The notes beneath the pieces are model-generated. The model was not told where the DNA came from and searched no databases. It worked only from the letters and a program-made list of their open reading frames with translations. A DNA stretch of 63,562 nucleotides, filler included, from Octopus bimaculoides (lineage: Eukaryota): the NCBI RefSeq assembly GCF_001194135.2. It is 7 parts of 7 records of this genome, joined end to end, with 100 filler letters (N's around TTAATTAATTAA, not from the genome) between each part and the next. Parts side by side here need not be neighbours in the genome. Positions count along the whole stretch, not along the records: positions 26,854 to 44,934 come from NC_068985.1; positions 45,035 to 61,799 come from NC_069003.1; 5 more parts are not named here. The stretch is one strand, 5' to 3'. The first letter of the stretch is position 1, and each line of letters begins with the position of its first letter. Shown here in pieces: positions 38,325-49,870 of the stretch. Position numbers and translations under genes: made by a program.

Positions 38325-38540
38325 AGATTTTAACACAAATGGCTAGCAATATCAAGGAGGAGTTAAGTCGATTACATGGACCCCAGTATTCAACTGGTAC
38401 TTATTTAATTGATCCCGAAGAGATGAAAGGCTAAGTTGACCTTGGCAGAATTTGAACTCAGAATGTAACGACGGATGAAATACCCTTAGGCATTTTTCCC
38501 GGCGTGCTATCGATTCTTCCAGATTGCCTCCTTAATTCAT
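38325..38540 (-). mobile_element. SINE family B
   Basis: CTGGTACTTATTTAATTGATCCCGAAGAGATGAAAGGC...GAATTTGAACTCAGAA. Confidence 0.8.
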
Positions 38541-38689
38541 GATAATATTAACACTCAACTTAAGACTGCGAACAAGCGGAATCATTTGCTCGTTGGACAA
38601 AATACTTGGCGGCGTAATTATACAAAGCCCAGTCTATCCAACATGGTTACCCGCCTGATATGGGTAGACCAGGCACATATATCACAACC

Positions 38690-39080
38690 ATATATGCGTG
38701 ACATCGTGATCTTATATCAAGATAAACAGCTCACGACCTTGCAGGTGGGGCCAAGTTAAAATTTTCTACATGTCGAGTAGTCTATTCTGTTCAAAAGATC
38801 GCTGAATAAGGGTTGTTTAAGCATGGTGAACAAAACAACTATTTCTCCAGAGCCGAATCATTCAAACTCCAAAGAATTCCTCTCAACACATGGTTACGAT
38901 GTTTCCCCACTGCTTTTGCTTGTGATCATAGATGCACATATCATCAGCCACCAAAGGACATGCTCAACTGGTTACGGTCAAACTGACAAGCAAATTTGTG
39001 GTATTGAGCAGAATATTTGCTGTAGTCTGTCTTTTATACCAAGACAAAACAATGTACATAATACTTCCAATCAGTTAAGA
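38690..39080. repeat. Unclassified interspersed repeat, copy 2
   Basis: Homologous to 7950-8330. Confidence 0.8.
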
Positions 39081-39109
39081 TGAGAAACCAGGAGAGGCAG
39101 TGTCTAGTA

Positions 39110-39245
39110 TTGATTCTATTCCGAGGTCGACATTGCCTTTCATCATTTTGGGATCGATAGAATAAGTACCAGTTTGGCTCAATGTAATCGACTTAGCGAC
39201 TCCCTGAAATTGCTGGCTCTGTGCCAAAATTTGAAACCAATATTA
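39110..39245 (+). mobile_element. SINE family B, 5'-truncated
   Basis: CCGAGGTCGACATTGCCTTTCATC...AATAAGTACCAG...GTGCCAAAATTTGAAACC. Confidence 0.75.
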
Positions 39246-40239
39246 ATACTCGACATAGAATTTTCGATTTCGATTTATTTTTTTCTTTCTGTATAATGCA
39301 TTTTGCTACACATTCTTTAACCTCAAATAAGGTGAGCACCGATACACAGCAAGTTTCTTTTCCCAATGAAACAGATTTCCCAAAACAGTAAAATAAAGAT
39401 CATTGGCTTCAAATATCAGTCAAGTTCTATTTATATTCACTCACTGCTATCTTCAATATGACGAATACATGAAGCAATCTGCCGTCTTCCTAATACACAA
39501 AGCATGGAGTAGAACTGTTAGAATTGGGGATGTGTTTGATCATAGGTATCACTTGAACAGGGTTGCACAAAGGTTAAACAGTATCAACAACAAGCAAAAC
39601 AAAACAAAAAAAAAACTAAACGAGTCGAATAATTGTATTTGGGGGAGAAATTTATGAGAAACAGTGAATTTTAAATATATATTTTAGAAATTTCTTTGGA
39701 AATGTCAGTAGTCTGAAAAATATTATTTTTCAGAAAATCCATTTAATGATTTTAAATTATTGAACCGGTCTGAGGATGGCGCCAATCGACTTAGATAAAT
39801 AATGCGTTTAATATAACAGGCAGCTCTCATTTTGTGCTTAAAATATAAGAACGATATAGATTAAGAATTACCTCTTCATGATGTGTATAAATAATATACA
39901 GTTCGTTTCCGGTTGAGCTGTTTAACTTTGCTTACTTTATGTAACAATGATGTATAGACAAGTTTAATATCCTAGAGTTAAATGTACTTTAGCAAAACGG
40001 TAAGTCGTCTTCATACTTAACGAAGTTACATCCGTTGGCGCTGATTCAATGTCCCATTAAATGTTCCTGGTCATTTTCAGTTTGAATATATTAGAAATGT
40101 ATCCGTAAAATTTGCAAAATTATTTTCATAGCATTTTCTAATCTTTATCAGTTTTGTTCATATTTTACAGTTATTTCGTAAAAATTTGCAGATATTTCGA
40201 ATTATTTTCTTTTATCTTATATCTTTTAATGGTTTTAAT

Positions 40240-40817
40240 GGTTTTCGTCATTACACTGTGGCCATGCTAGAGGATGCCTTGAAGAATTTTTCGTCGAAAG
40301 AAATTACCCCGGTACTCCTCATTTCATTTGAAACCTGGTACTTATCAGATCTGGTTCTTTTTGCCGAAGCTCTAAGTTACGGGGACGTAAACTCATTCAC
40401 ACCTGTTGTCAAGGCGGTGGTTGGGAACAAACACCGACAAAGAAATACGCACACGCACGCACGCGCGCGCAAACACACAACAAACGCACACACGAACATA
40501 CACATACAAACACATACATACACATACATACACATATATACTCTTTTACTTGTTTCAATCATTTGACTGCGGCCATGCTGGAGCAGCGCCTTTAGTCGAG
40601 CAAATCGATCCCAGGACTTATTCTTTGGAAGCCTAGTACTTATTCTATCGGTCACTTTTGCGGAACCGCCAAGTTATAGAGACGTAAACACACCAGCATC
40701 GGTTGTCNNNNNNNNNNNNNNNNNNNNNNNNNNNNNNNNNNNNNNNNNNNNNNNNNNNNNNNNNNNNNNNNNNNNNNNNNNNNNNNNNNNNNNNNNNNNN
40801 NNNNNNNNNNNNNNNNN

Positions 40818-40856
<39 letters not shown>

Positions 40857-41005
40857 CGACAGGCTTCTTTCAGTTTCTGTTTACCAAATCTACTCACATG
40901 GCTTTGGTCGCAAAAGACGCCGCTGCTTACAATGCCAAGCAGTGAGACATAACACGCACTTATGTGGTTGCGAAGCGAACTTCTTACCACACAGCTACAC
41001 CTACG
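40240..41005 (-). mobile_element. Two tandem SINE family A 3' modules plus core/head (spans an N gap)
   Basis: Modules at about 40240-40450 and 40540-40707; core/head 40855-41005. Confidence 0.75.
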
Positions 41006-42449
41006 CCTTTATAAAATACATGTTTTTTTTTTGTTTTTTTCTTTTCTCAAATAATCTTAATTTTAGACCGTATCATGTTATGATTAATAAATATATTAAA
41101 ACAGAAAATTGGCTTGGCAAAACTAAGACTTCCCGCCGATCCTATGTTTAATTTTGTTTAAATTGTAGTTTGTTAAAATTATAGTGTAGGAAAAGTTATG
41201 CAGTCAAATAATTATTAGAACAAGATGTTATTAGAATTTAGGAAGAGTGGAGAATTATTTTTCTTATAGATATTTATGTCAACGGTTTTGTGTACGTGAG
41301 TATTTCCGTGTTTGTGTGTTTGCATGTGGCTGATTGCTTTTGAACTTTTAGAATTGTTTAAAGACAATTTTAGGTTTATTTTCTTCTCTTTAGTCATTTT
41401 ATTTTATCGTTGTACACCAAAGACACTCCTCTGTTTTAAGCAATACTTGCCTATATACAGGATTTGAAACAATTATGCGATCACATGTTATGATACATCA
41501 CAACATCTAGCATGTCCGCTATCTATGTTTTTTTCTTTACTCTTCTCTCTATATATATCATCCTGTTTCTTTCTCACTTTCTCTCTCTCTCTGTTTCTCT
41601 TTCTGTCTTCCACTTAGTCACTCTCAGAAATACAGTATCTAATACTATCTCTCGTTCTCTTTGCTTCCATTTAGTAATTGTTCTTCTGCATGGATACGGC
41701 AATAGTTCATCCAATTTAACGAGTACATTTCACCTTTTACACAATCCGATGCGTTACCGTTTTAATCTGAATATTGTGCTATTAGCCATTTAACGTAGAT
41801 TATTTCATTTTCTAGATGGAATCATTGTGTAAACCAATAAGGATGGTATTGGTCAACAGAATAGAGCAATCAGTATAAAATGCAACTAACTAACAAATGG
41901 ATATTCTCATCACATCTAATAGCTGCATGTGTTAAAGGCACGGTAAATTAGAGTGCCGAGCACCGATTTGAATCTATTAGCTTAGTTCGTGACGCTAATA
42001 GTTAATATACCTCGCTTATTCTAAGTAGAGTCTTCATGCACAACATTATAATTTAGCTGCAAAGTGCTAATTATCATATTTCATAAAATTCAATAAACAG
42101 TCATTATCTGTTTTAAGTAGTACGTAAAGTAATTGAAAATGGTTTAATCTGTGAATAAAAGGAAAATAGAACACAGGCGTTTGTCATCTGTATTATAAGC
42201 ATTGATGACCATATTGTTACTCACACGCTCATCGTACTGGCCAGGCTTGGATAGACGAACTCCCACTCCTTACACAAACATTTTTTTAAAAAATAGCTCG
42301 ATAAGGCAATTTTCCAGTCAGCTGGTATAACACTTGCACCTGTCTATTCTACGACAGATACCTTTTGAATAATTAGAAATACTGAGAATGAAGAGACTGA
42401 ACAAACACAGTTTCAGAATTTCCTCCATTTTTTGTGGTGGGTGAGGATT

Positions 42450-42670
42450 TTCTGTAGAATGCAATATTTGACACAAGGTCAGTAATTTCGTGGTAGCAGG
42501 TAAGTCGATGAGATCGCCCCCAGTGTTCAGCTGGTACATACCTACCCCCAAAAAACACGAAAGGCAAAGTCTATCTCGGCAGAAGTCTTAGTTTTCAGAA
42601 CATAAAGACGGATGAAATGCCGCTCTGCTCTTTGACCGGCGTGCTAACGACTCTGCCACCTCACTGCCCT
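42450..42670 (-). mobile_element. SINE family B, diverged
   Basis: GAAAGGCAAAGTC...CATAAAGACGGATGAAATGCCGCT...GCTAACGACTCTGCC. Confidence 0.65.
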
Positions 42671-44039
42671 CGTTGTTGTTATATTGTTATATTAACCGAG
42701 TTATCTTACCCAAATGGTTTGCAAATATATTTAAACACAGCAGGTTACCACAAAACATTATCTGCCTATAACGGACCTACATTTGAACGTGGGAAGTTTA
42801 TCATGCCATTTACTCATCATTTAGCAATAAGTACAAATCTTGAAGCTCAGTATAGGCACACTCATCTTTAGCTACGGCATCTCTAACCTCATCCTCTCAA
42901 AAGGATTATTTGTTAGTCAAAAAGAAGATAAGAAGTGGCAGTTTTTGAAGGAGACGTTATATTCCAGTTGGATCAAATGCTACCACGGACGGCCTTACAA
43001 TGACAAGGCTGCGTTTGACGTCTTGAACGTCTTCTTGATATTCCTCGACATCTAGCATATCTATATTCTTTATTTCGGTTTCTTTTGCCGTAGAGAGTTC
43101 ACGTTGACTTTTCTGGAGTTTGTAGTTAAATTGGTTTCTTTCCGGAAAGTTAATCCTTTTATTCTCTGAAATATGTATTCTCTTCCGAACTTTATTTTTA
43201 CTACCAACTCGTTATATGACATATTGTTCATGATCAGACCTGATGTTTCTAGCTAATGTAGAGCTAGAGAGGTAAATACCGTTTCCAGTTGCTTCAGTAC
43301 CTCTTCAATGCTTTGGGTGCTACAAAAGATTATCCTATTATTTCCTACAAACGTAAATAGCGAGTTTCATCGACAGTCTTCTTTGACAATATAGAGACAG
43401 ATTGCGTGAGACAACCACGACAGCAGTGTTTTTTATAGAATATAGCTATTGATTTTTCTGGAGTTCCTATTCACAGTGTTCGTGTAATGACTGTTTCAGT
43501 TATCTTCACTGCCTCTCCACACAAATGAATCACCTGACATTTCTGCCCACTACATTTCGGCTTTTGTCGGCAGAACTACACGCGATTGCCCTGTAATTCT
43601 CTGTCATCCACATCATCTCAAAAATGCAATTTATTTCCCAAAATTTCTCCCCGCATGACAAAACTAGAAATCATATTTTGTTCATGCAATATTTGCGACC
43701 CGGTGATTGTATTAATATTATTGCAGCAATTTGAACAATTGCTCCAACAGTACAAAATATTTTATGTTATTTTTCATCATCCTCTCAAAGAGGAAGTAAG
43801 CAGCTACGTTTATGAGAATCATTCTCACAATATCGCAAATTTAACCATGTTCAAAAGGAATTCCTGCAACGAAAGTAGAAATAAATGGCAATTAACAACT
43901 CACTATTTCTTCCTCTAAATAAAACCCCTTTCTTTTCCATTGATATAATAACAATATAATAATGGCAAGACATTTAAATTCGATTAGAGAAAACAGACTT
44001 AACAAACATAACACAGTTTCAAGAAAATTCTCTCTCACA

Positions 44040-44088
44040 GTGACGACGACGACGACAATGATGATGACGATGATGATGATGAAGAAGA

Positions 44089-44122
<34 letters not shown>

Positions 44123-44220
44123 GGTGGTGGTGGTAGTGGTGGTGGTGGTAGTGGTCGTGGTGGTGGTAGTGGTGGTGGTGGTAGTGGTGGTGCTGGTGGT
44201 GGTGGTGGTGGTGGCGTATG
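44040..44220. repeat. (GAT)n/(GGT)n trinucleotide array
   Basis: Direct reading. Confidence 0.9.
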
Positions 44221-44419
44221 TGATCCCTAAGAAATCAAGGTCGTGCATAATTTTGAAGGAGAAAACAAGTCATTTAGCTGACATAATCCCTTGACATATA
44301 CTTGAAATTATTTCCCGAAAGCGAGAAAACAATGTACAACAACAACAACAATAATAAAAAAATAATAATAATGATGATGATAATGATGATAATAATAGTA
44401 ATAATAATCGTTTATCATT

Positions 44420-44640
44420 TACGCATTTCATTCGTTAGACTGTGGCCATTCTTGTGCAATACCTTACCGATGTTTTAGCCGAATAAATCGATTCTATTAC
44501 GTTTTTGGGCCTACTACTTTCACTGACAAAGTTTTAGTCGACCCGAGGTTATAGTAGAAGACACTTGTCCAAGGTTTTACACGGCGGAATTGAACTCGGA
44601 ACGATGTAGTAGGGAAGCAAGGTTCTTAACACACATCCAC
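44420..44640 (-). mobile_element. SINE family A, diverged/deleted
   Basis: GACTGTGGCCAT...TATAGTAGAAGACACTTGTCCAAGG...GGAAGCAAG. Confidence 0.65.
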
Positions 44641-44643
44641 ACC

Positions 44644-44693
<50 letters not shown>

Positions 44694-46465
44694 GAGACTA
44701 CACCGGGGATGTTTAATATGTGAGAACGATAAATCACTGCTCCGAAACTTATCCAAAAACATCGGAAATAAAGACATCGCATGGAGCCAAAAAATAGCTG
44801 ACAAAGGTTTGGACTATATGCGAGTAAGTAATACTCATTGAAATTTATTTCTATTTTTCCAAACATAATGATGTATTTTAACTTGATACCTCCACTACCC
44901 GCACAGCGATCGTAAACACACGTCTTACATCAAANNNNNNNNNNNNNNNNNNNNNNNNNNNNNNNNNNNNNNNNNNNNTTAATTAATTAANNNNNNNNNN
45001 NNNNNNNNNNNNNNNNNNNNNNNNNNNNNNNNNNTATATATATATATATAATAAATTTAATGTACAATATATGGATTTATATAAACCAGTGTTAATCACA
45101 AAAACGGTCCTTTAGTGGACCTGGCTACAAACCACATATTAAACCAATACATAAGGGTGTAACGTAGAGTCCTATGCTATTGAAGTTCCAGTAAACCCAA
45201 TCAGTGATGATTATGTCATGAGGAGTATGATGAATATAAAGAAAGTCCGGAGGTATGAGATGAATATATTTATTTCACCATTTGATATCCATAGGACGTC
45301 GGCTGTTTCGCAGCCAACATCATGCAAAAATAATTTATTTTTGCGTATAATAAATTATCTTACATGTCTGCACTAGTGTGTATGTTATAAATTGCATAGT
45401 ACTATTGTACATTTTACAAACGAATGCAGATACAGAAGTCTAGCTCTGTAAGAAAACTTAACAGTAAACTGTACCTTAACAGAATTATGTCAGCAGGGAA
45501 AACTATTTGAATAAATAACGAGTTCTGATCAAAAAGGCAATATTAATTACAATATTAATTAAATATGGAAATAGGCTGGGATTGAGTTTGTTTTTTTAGC
45601 AGTATGAAAGATAACTCCGAGCATGTTTCGTGATTATTACAACTCCTTAGCGAAGCATCGTCTAAGTGTTACATCAGATCTTAGAATGAAAATGCATTCG
45701 AATTTTGATGAATGAACACAGAATTAGACGAAAACGCAAACGAATGACTGCAGAAAATTTTCCGGTTCTCCTGCTGCATGAAAACGTCATGGTAACATAG
45801 TTGTTATCATACTTATGATAGTAAAGCAAGAAATTTCATTTGTTTCTTCTTTTTCGAACGGATTTAATATTTTCCTCACTGATTGTTCCAACAATGAAAG
45901 ATGCGATCCCAATGAATAAGAATGGCTAAAGGCAGCAATATTTCCAGACGAGAAATACATTTCCGGGATATATTGTATTTATGAAAATATAGCCGGAAGC
46001 TTCATCAACCGGAACTAAGTAAGGTGCCATTAAATTTCCTCTGTGTATTTCTTGAGGTATTTCGAAGAAGCTTTTCCTGATATCTCTGAATAAAAATGTG
46101 GCTGTGTTCGTTGATGCTTCTTTTATATCCGGTTAAAATTTCACAAAATTCTGGTAATTCGTGACTTATTATCCAGAGCATATTTTTTTTTTTATTAATT
46201 TCAGCTGTACTTTATACGATGTCACGTGCTCCGGTGATGTTCGAACGTGCTTGCGTGTATTTGTGTGTGTGTGTATGTATGTATGTGTGCGTGCGTGCGT
46301 ACGTGCGTGTATGTATGTATGTATGTATGTATGTATGTATGTGTGGATGTATATATGTATGAGAGAACGATTGATAAAGCCAATGTTCAGCATTATATAT
46401 GATGTAGATAAAGGAATCAAATAACTGCTCAAGGCAGGCATATATTATACATACATACATGTCTC

Positions 46466-46505
<40 letters not shown>

Positions 46506-46691
46506 ATATTTTGGATGAATGTGTATATATCGATTAGTGTGTTGAAGTATCGAATGATAATATACCGTTGGATCTACTTTGGGAAATTTCTTGCTTTACT
46601 TTTTTATTAATTTCAGCTGAGGAAGATTCCTGCTGTAGTTTATACTATGTCACGTGTTCCGGTGATGTGTGAACGTGTATTTGAGCGTGTT

Positions 46692-46744
<53 letters not shown>

Positions 46745-46844
46745 GTTGAGATAATAATAATAATTTCACTAAAGATTTCGAGTTGTGGTTGTTATAACAA
46801 CATGACAGCCAAAACTCAGGATCTTTAGTGACTTTATGTACTGA

Positions 46845-46950
46845 TGCACCTGATGAGACCCAGACTGTAAAATTGATGCAACACAATATGTTGAACGGAG
46901 TCCTACCCATAAGGGACACTAGCAGGATGGGTCGAAACGACCCTTGTACA
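46845..46950 (+). ncRNA. Type-I hammerhead motif with intact core and 65-nt stem-II insert
   Basis: TGCAC-CTGATGA-GACCCA[65 nt]TGGGTC-GAA-ACGACCCT-T-GTACA: canonical G10.1-C11.1, 6-bp stem II, stem I 4/5 paired; stem III weak (one substitution from ACGACCGT); triplet CUU. Confidence 0.55.
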
Positions 46951-47000
46951 AAAGAAAGGTTAATACCAAATCCATCATCTGGTTACTTAAGAAATTATTA

Positions 47001-47040
<40 letters not shown>

Positions 47041-47286
47041 GGTTAGCTGAGTTAGAAGTTAAAATAACCGTCTAAGGGATAAAAATATCCATTATACTAC
47101 CGGTATATTACCTATATCTAAACATAGGCAACCATGTTATGCTTATAGATTATAGGTAAAGTCACGGATAAACAGGAGTTTATCAGGAATCAAAATTTAA
47201 AGAAAACAGAAAATGGAGATAATATTGATGAACAACAATTGATTTGCATAAATTATTATTTATTAATTATTTACAAAAAGGCCGCA

Positions 47287-47406
47287 TCCCATCCTACAGC
47301 TGTTTCTGCTGCCAATGTTCTTTGGTATCACCATTATTATGCTAAAAATATATATCCTACTTGGTAAAAAAACCGATTTGAATCATGGAGCTTCATCAGA
47401 GTGGAA
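47287..47406 (-). ncRNA. Type-I hammerhead motif with intact core, palindromic stem III and 73-nt stem-II insert
   Basis: Minus strand TTCCACT-CTGATGA-A-GCTCC[73 nt]GGCAGC-A-GAA-ACAGCTGT-A-GGATGGGA: perfect palindrome ACAGCTGT, triplet GUA; stems I and II need bulges or wobbles. Confidence 0.55.
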
Positions 47407-47588
47407 AATAAATAAATAAAAATAAGAGACAAGAAAAGAAGGAGGAAAGGTTGAATATGGTGAGAATCAAGTCATGTTTCGTGTGTATCTCACTCGGGCA
47501 ATAAGTAAATGATTAAACTTATAAATGAGTATTTGGTTGGATAGCCCTATATACGGGGTCATAGGTTGAATAAATAATGATGATAATA

Positions 47589-47916
47589 ACAGCCTGCTCG
47601 TGAAATTAACGTGCAAGTGGCTGAGCACTCCACAGACACGTGTACCCTTAACGTAGTTCTCGGGGGATATTCAGCGTGACACAGTGTGACAAGGCTGACC
47701 TTTTGAATTACAAGCACAACAGAAACAGGAAGTAAGAGTGAGAGAAAGTTGTGGTGAAAGAGTACAGTAGGGTTCGCCACCATCCCCTGCCGGAGCCTCG
47801 TGAAGCTTTAGATGTTTTCGCTCAATAAACACACACAACGCCCGGTCTGGGAATCGAAACCGCGATCCTATGACCGCGAGTCCACTGCCCTAACCACTGG
47901 GCCATTGCGCCTCCAC
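47589..47916 (-). mobile_element. SINE family C
   Basis: Close match to 13818-14202, tail truncated. Confidence 0.9.
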
Positions 47917-48439
47917 ATTGTATAAGTATAACCAATCTATTGCACATAAATTTTAGTGACAAAATATGGACCTCCAAGGGTCATATGGACCACCAATGGT
48001 CATATAGACCCCTTTTGAGAACCACTGGTAATACACTAATCTCTTCCTCTCAAATCATTGACTCTGTTCCTAAATTAGAAGCAATTCATTTGACACAATT
48101 AAAATTAGACCAACGAACGATTTCTGCACCAAAATAGCAAATTAAAATCTCTCGTTAAGAAAGGTCGTTTGCACTTCCATTTGCCTTATACCAATTGATC
48201 ACCGCTGAAGAAAACTGATCTATTTTCCCTTATAGTCAGTACTCATTGAAGCAAAATAATTTCTGCGCCAATTTCGTGTCTCTTCCGTTTTGCGGTATTA
48301 TTCAATAATATTTGTTATTCAATCCGAGGCAGAACCAGGAGAAGTTTGTATTGTTATTTATTTATTTTTTTAAATGATAATATCCATCATACCAAAAGCA
48401 AGTAGTAGAACTAAAGTTCCTTCCTGAATCATATAGATT

Positions 48440-48655
48440 CATTGAGCCGGTTTCCATGGCGCATATATTCACCACCTGGACGGGACGCCGGTCCGTCGCC
48501 GGATTACTAATTTTTGTTAACTGGGAGGACTGGAGCAAGGTGAAACGAAATGTTTTGCTCAAAAGCACAACGTATCGCCCGGTCTAGGAATCGAAACGAC
48601 AATCTTGCGGTCATGAGTCCGACACCTCTAACCACTAAGCCACGCACCTCCACAC
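48440..48655 (-). mobile_element. tRNA-derived SINE family E
   Basis: Head GTGGAGGTGCGTGGCTTAGTGGTTAGAGG...GTTTCGATTCC; body TTTTGAGCAAAACATTTCGTTTCACCTTGCTCCAGT. Confidence 0.75.
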
Positions 48656-49099
48656 CGAGAGCAAAGTTTGTACAAAAGAACATCGTAGTGGAAATTTACT
48701 AAGAAAGGAAGTGGTGTCAATTGAAATGATTTTGGTGCGGAATAGAGGTTGGTCAAATCTCTATTGCAAATCGGTTACAAACGATACAAGCTGACTTAAT
48801 GATACTTGTATCTGACGTAGCGATAATATGGAAAATATCTGAATAGCCGTTAAAAAATGTCCCTTTTTTCCTTTCCTTGCACAATTCCACATCATTTGAA
48901 GCAAGGATGTCTCCTAGATGATGTGTTGCAAGCCCGTACAACTTTTGTTACATTTGTGGCGAGTTTATGACAAAATGAACATCAGAGAAACAGTAGTGAA
49001 TTTCTCAAAAAATCAAAAACAGTAAACTTGTAATTCAAAGAATAAAATATTTGCATGAACAACTTGGGAGAGATGCTTCTAGGACCAGAGGCAAAGTCA

Positions 49100-49870
49100 A
49101 TAAAATTTATAGCCAGCATGGGCTGTTTTGAATCCTTACAAAAGTCGTTCGCGTATCCACGATGTTGTTGGACATGTCGAGGCTATGGAAAAAGACCAGG
49201 TGGAGTTTTGTGAATTTGTAAAAAAAAAGAAGAAAAAACGCCAGAGGAGTTCTTAGGAGCCTTCTGAGGAATTCATTCTGTTACAAGTATTTAAGCCAGG
49301 TCTGTGGTTTAAGAATANNNNNNNNNNNNNNCCTCCCTCCCTCCCTCCTATCTGTCTGAAGAAATACAGAGTCGTTGACTCTGACACTCCATGATTAATC
49401 TCTAAAATAATCGATGCCACGATTGGAAGCTGAGGAGGATGAGGAAGAAACATATCAGGAAAAGAACTGAACGAGTTTTTGTCCCAGACTTCAGCTCACA
49501 AATATTGCGAGAATGTATCACCCTTTCAAAGACGATGTCCAGGCAGATGCTATTTTTTCTGATAAAGTGTTGCAGAAAAATAACCTGCGGTAGTTCATCA
49601 TGGCTAGTTTCTTTAAAAGTAAAGGATCACCTAATATGGCCATATATTCAAAGAAGCAGAGGTCTGGAAATCGTTATCATGGAAAGAAGAGTAGAGGGTA
49701 ATCAATCAAGAAGCAAGCAAAGAATACAATGAACGGACAATAACACAGCCTTCTTGGACAAGAGTGGCAGGGTAGCTAGAGAACTGGAACTTAATCGGAA
49801 AGATTTTCGTTCTAGTGTCATCAATGCGTTGCAGGCGTACAATATATGACGATAAGGACGAGTTTCTTTA
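49100..49870 (+). mobile_element. RTE-clade LINE 3' remnant, heavily decayed
   Basis: LKVKDHLIWPYIQRSRGLEIVIMERRVEGNQSRSKQRIQ*TDNNTAFLDK...NRKDFRSSV matches the RTE C-terminal pattern (GHI.R...LE...MEG.VEG.R.RGR...W.D.I). The 5' boundary is uncertain. Confidence 0.7.

Noticed and set aside
45296-45316. GTCGGCTG-TTTCG-CAGCCAAC hairpin containing CGAAAC on the minus strand
   Set aside because: No intact CUGANGA or stem I; too far from a CTAG to be a Helitron end.
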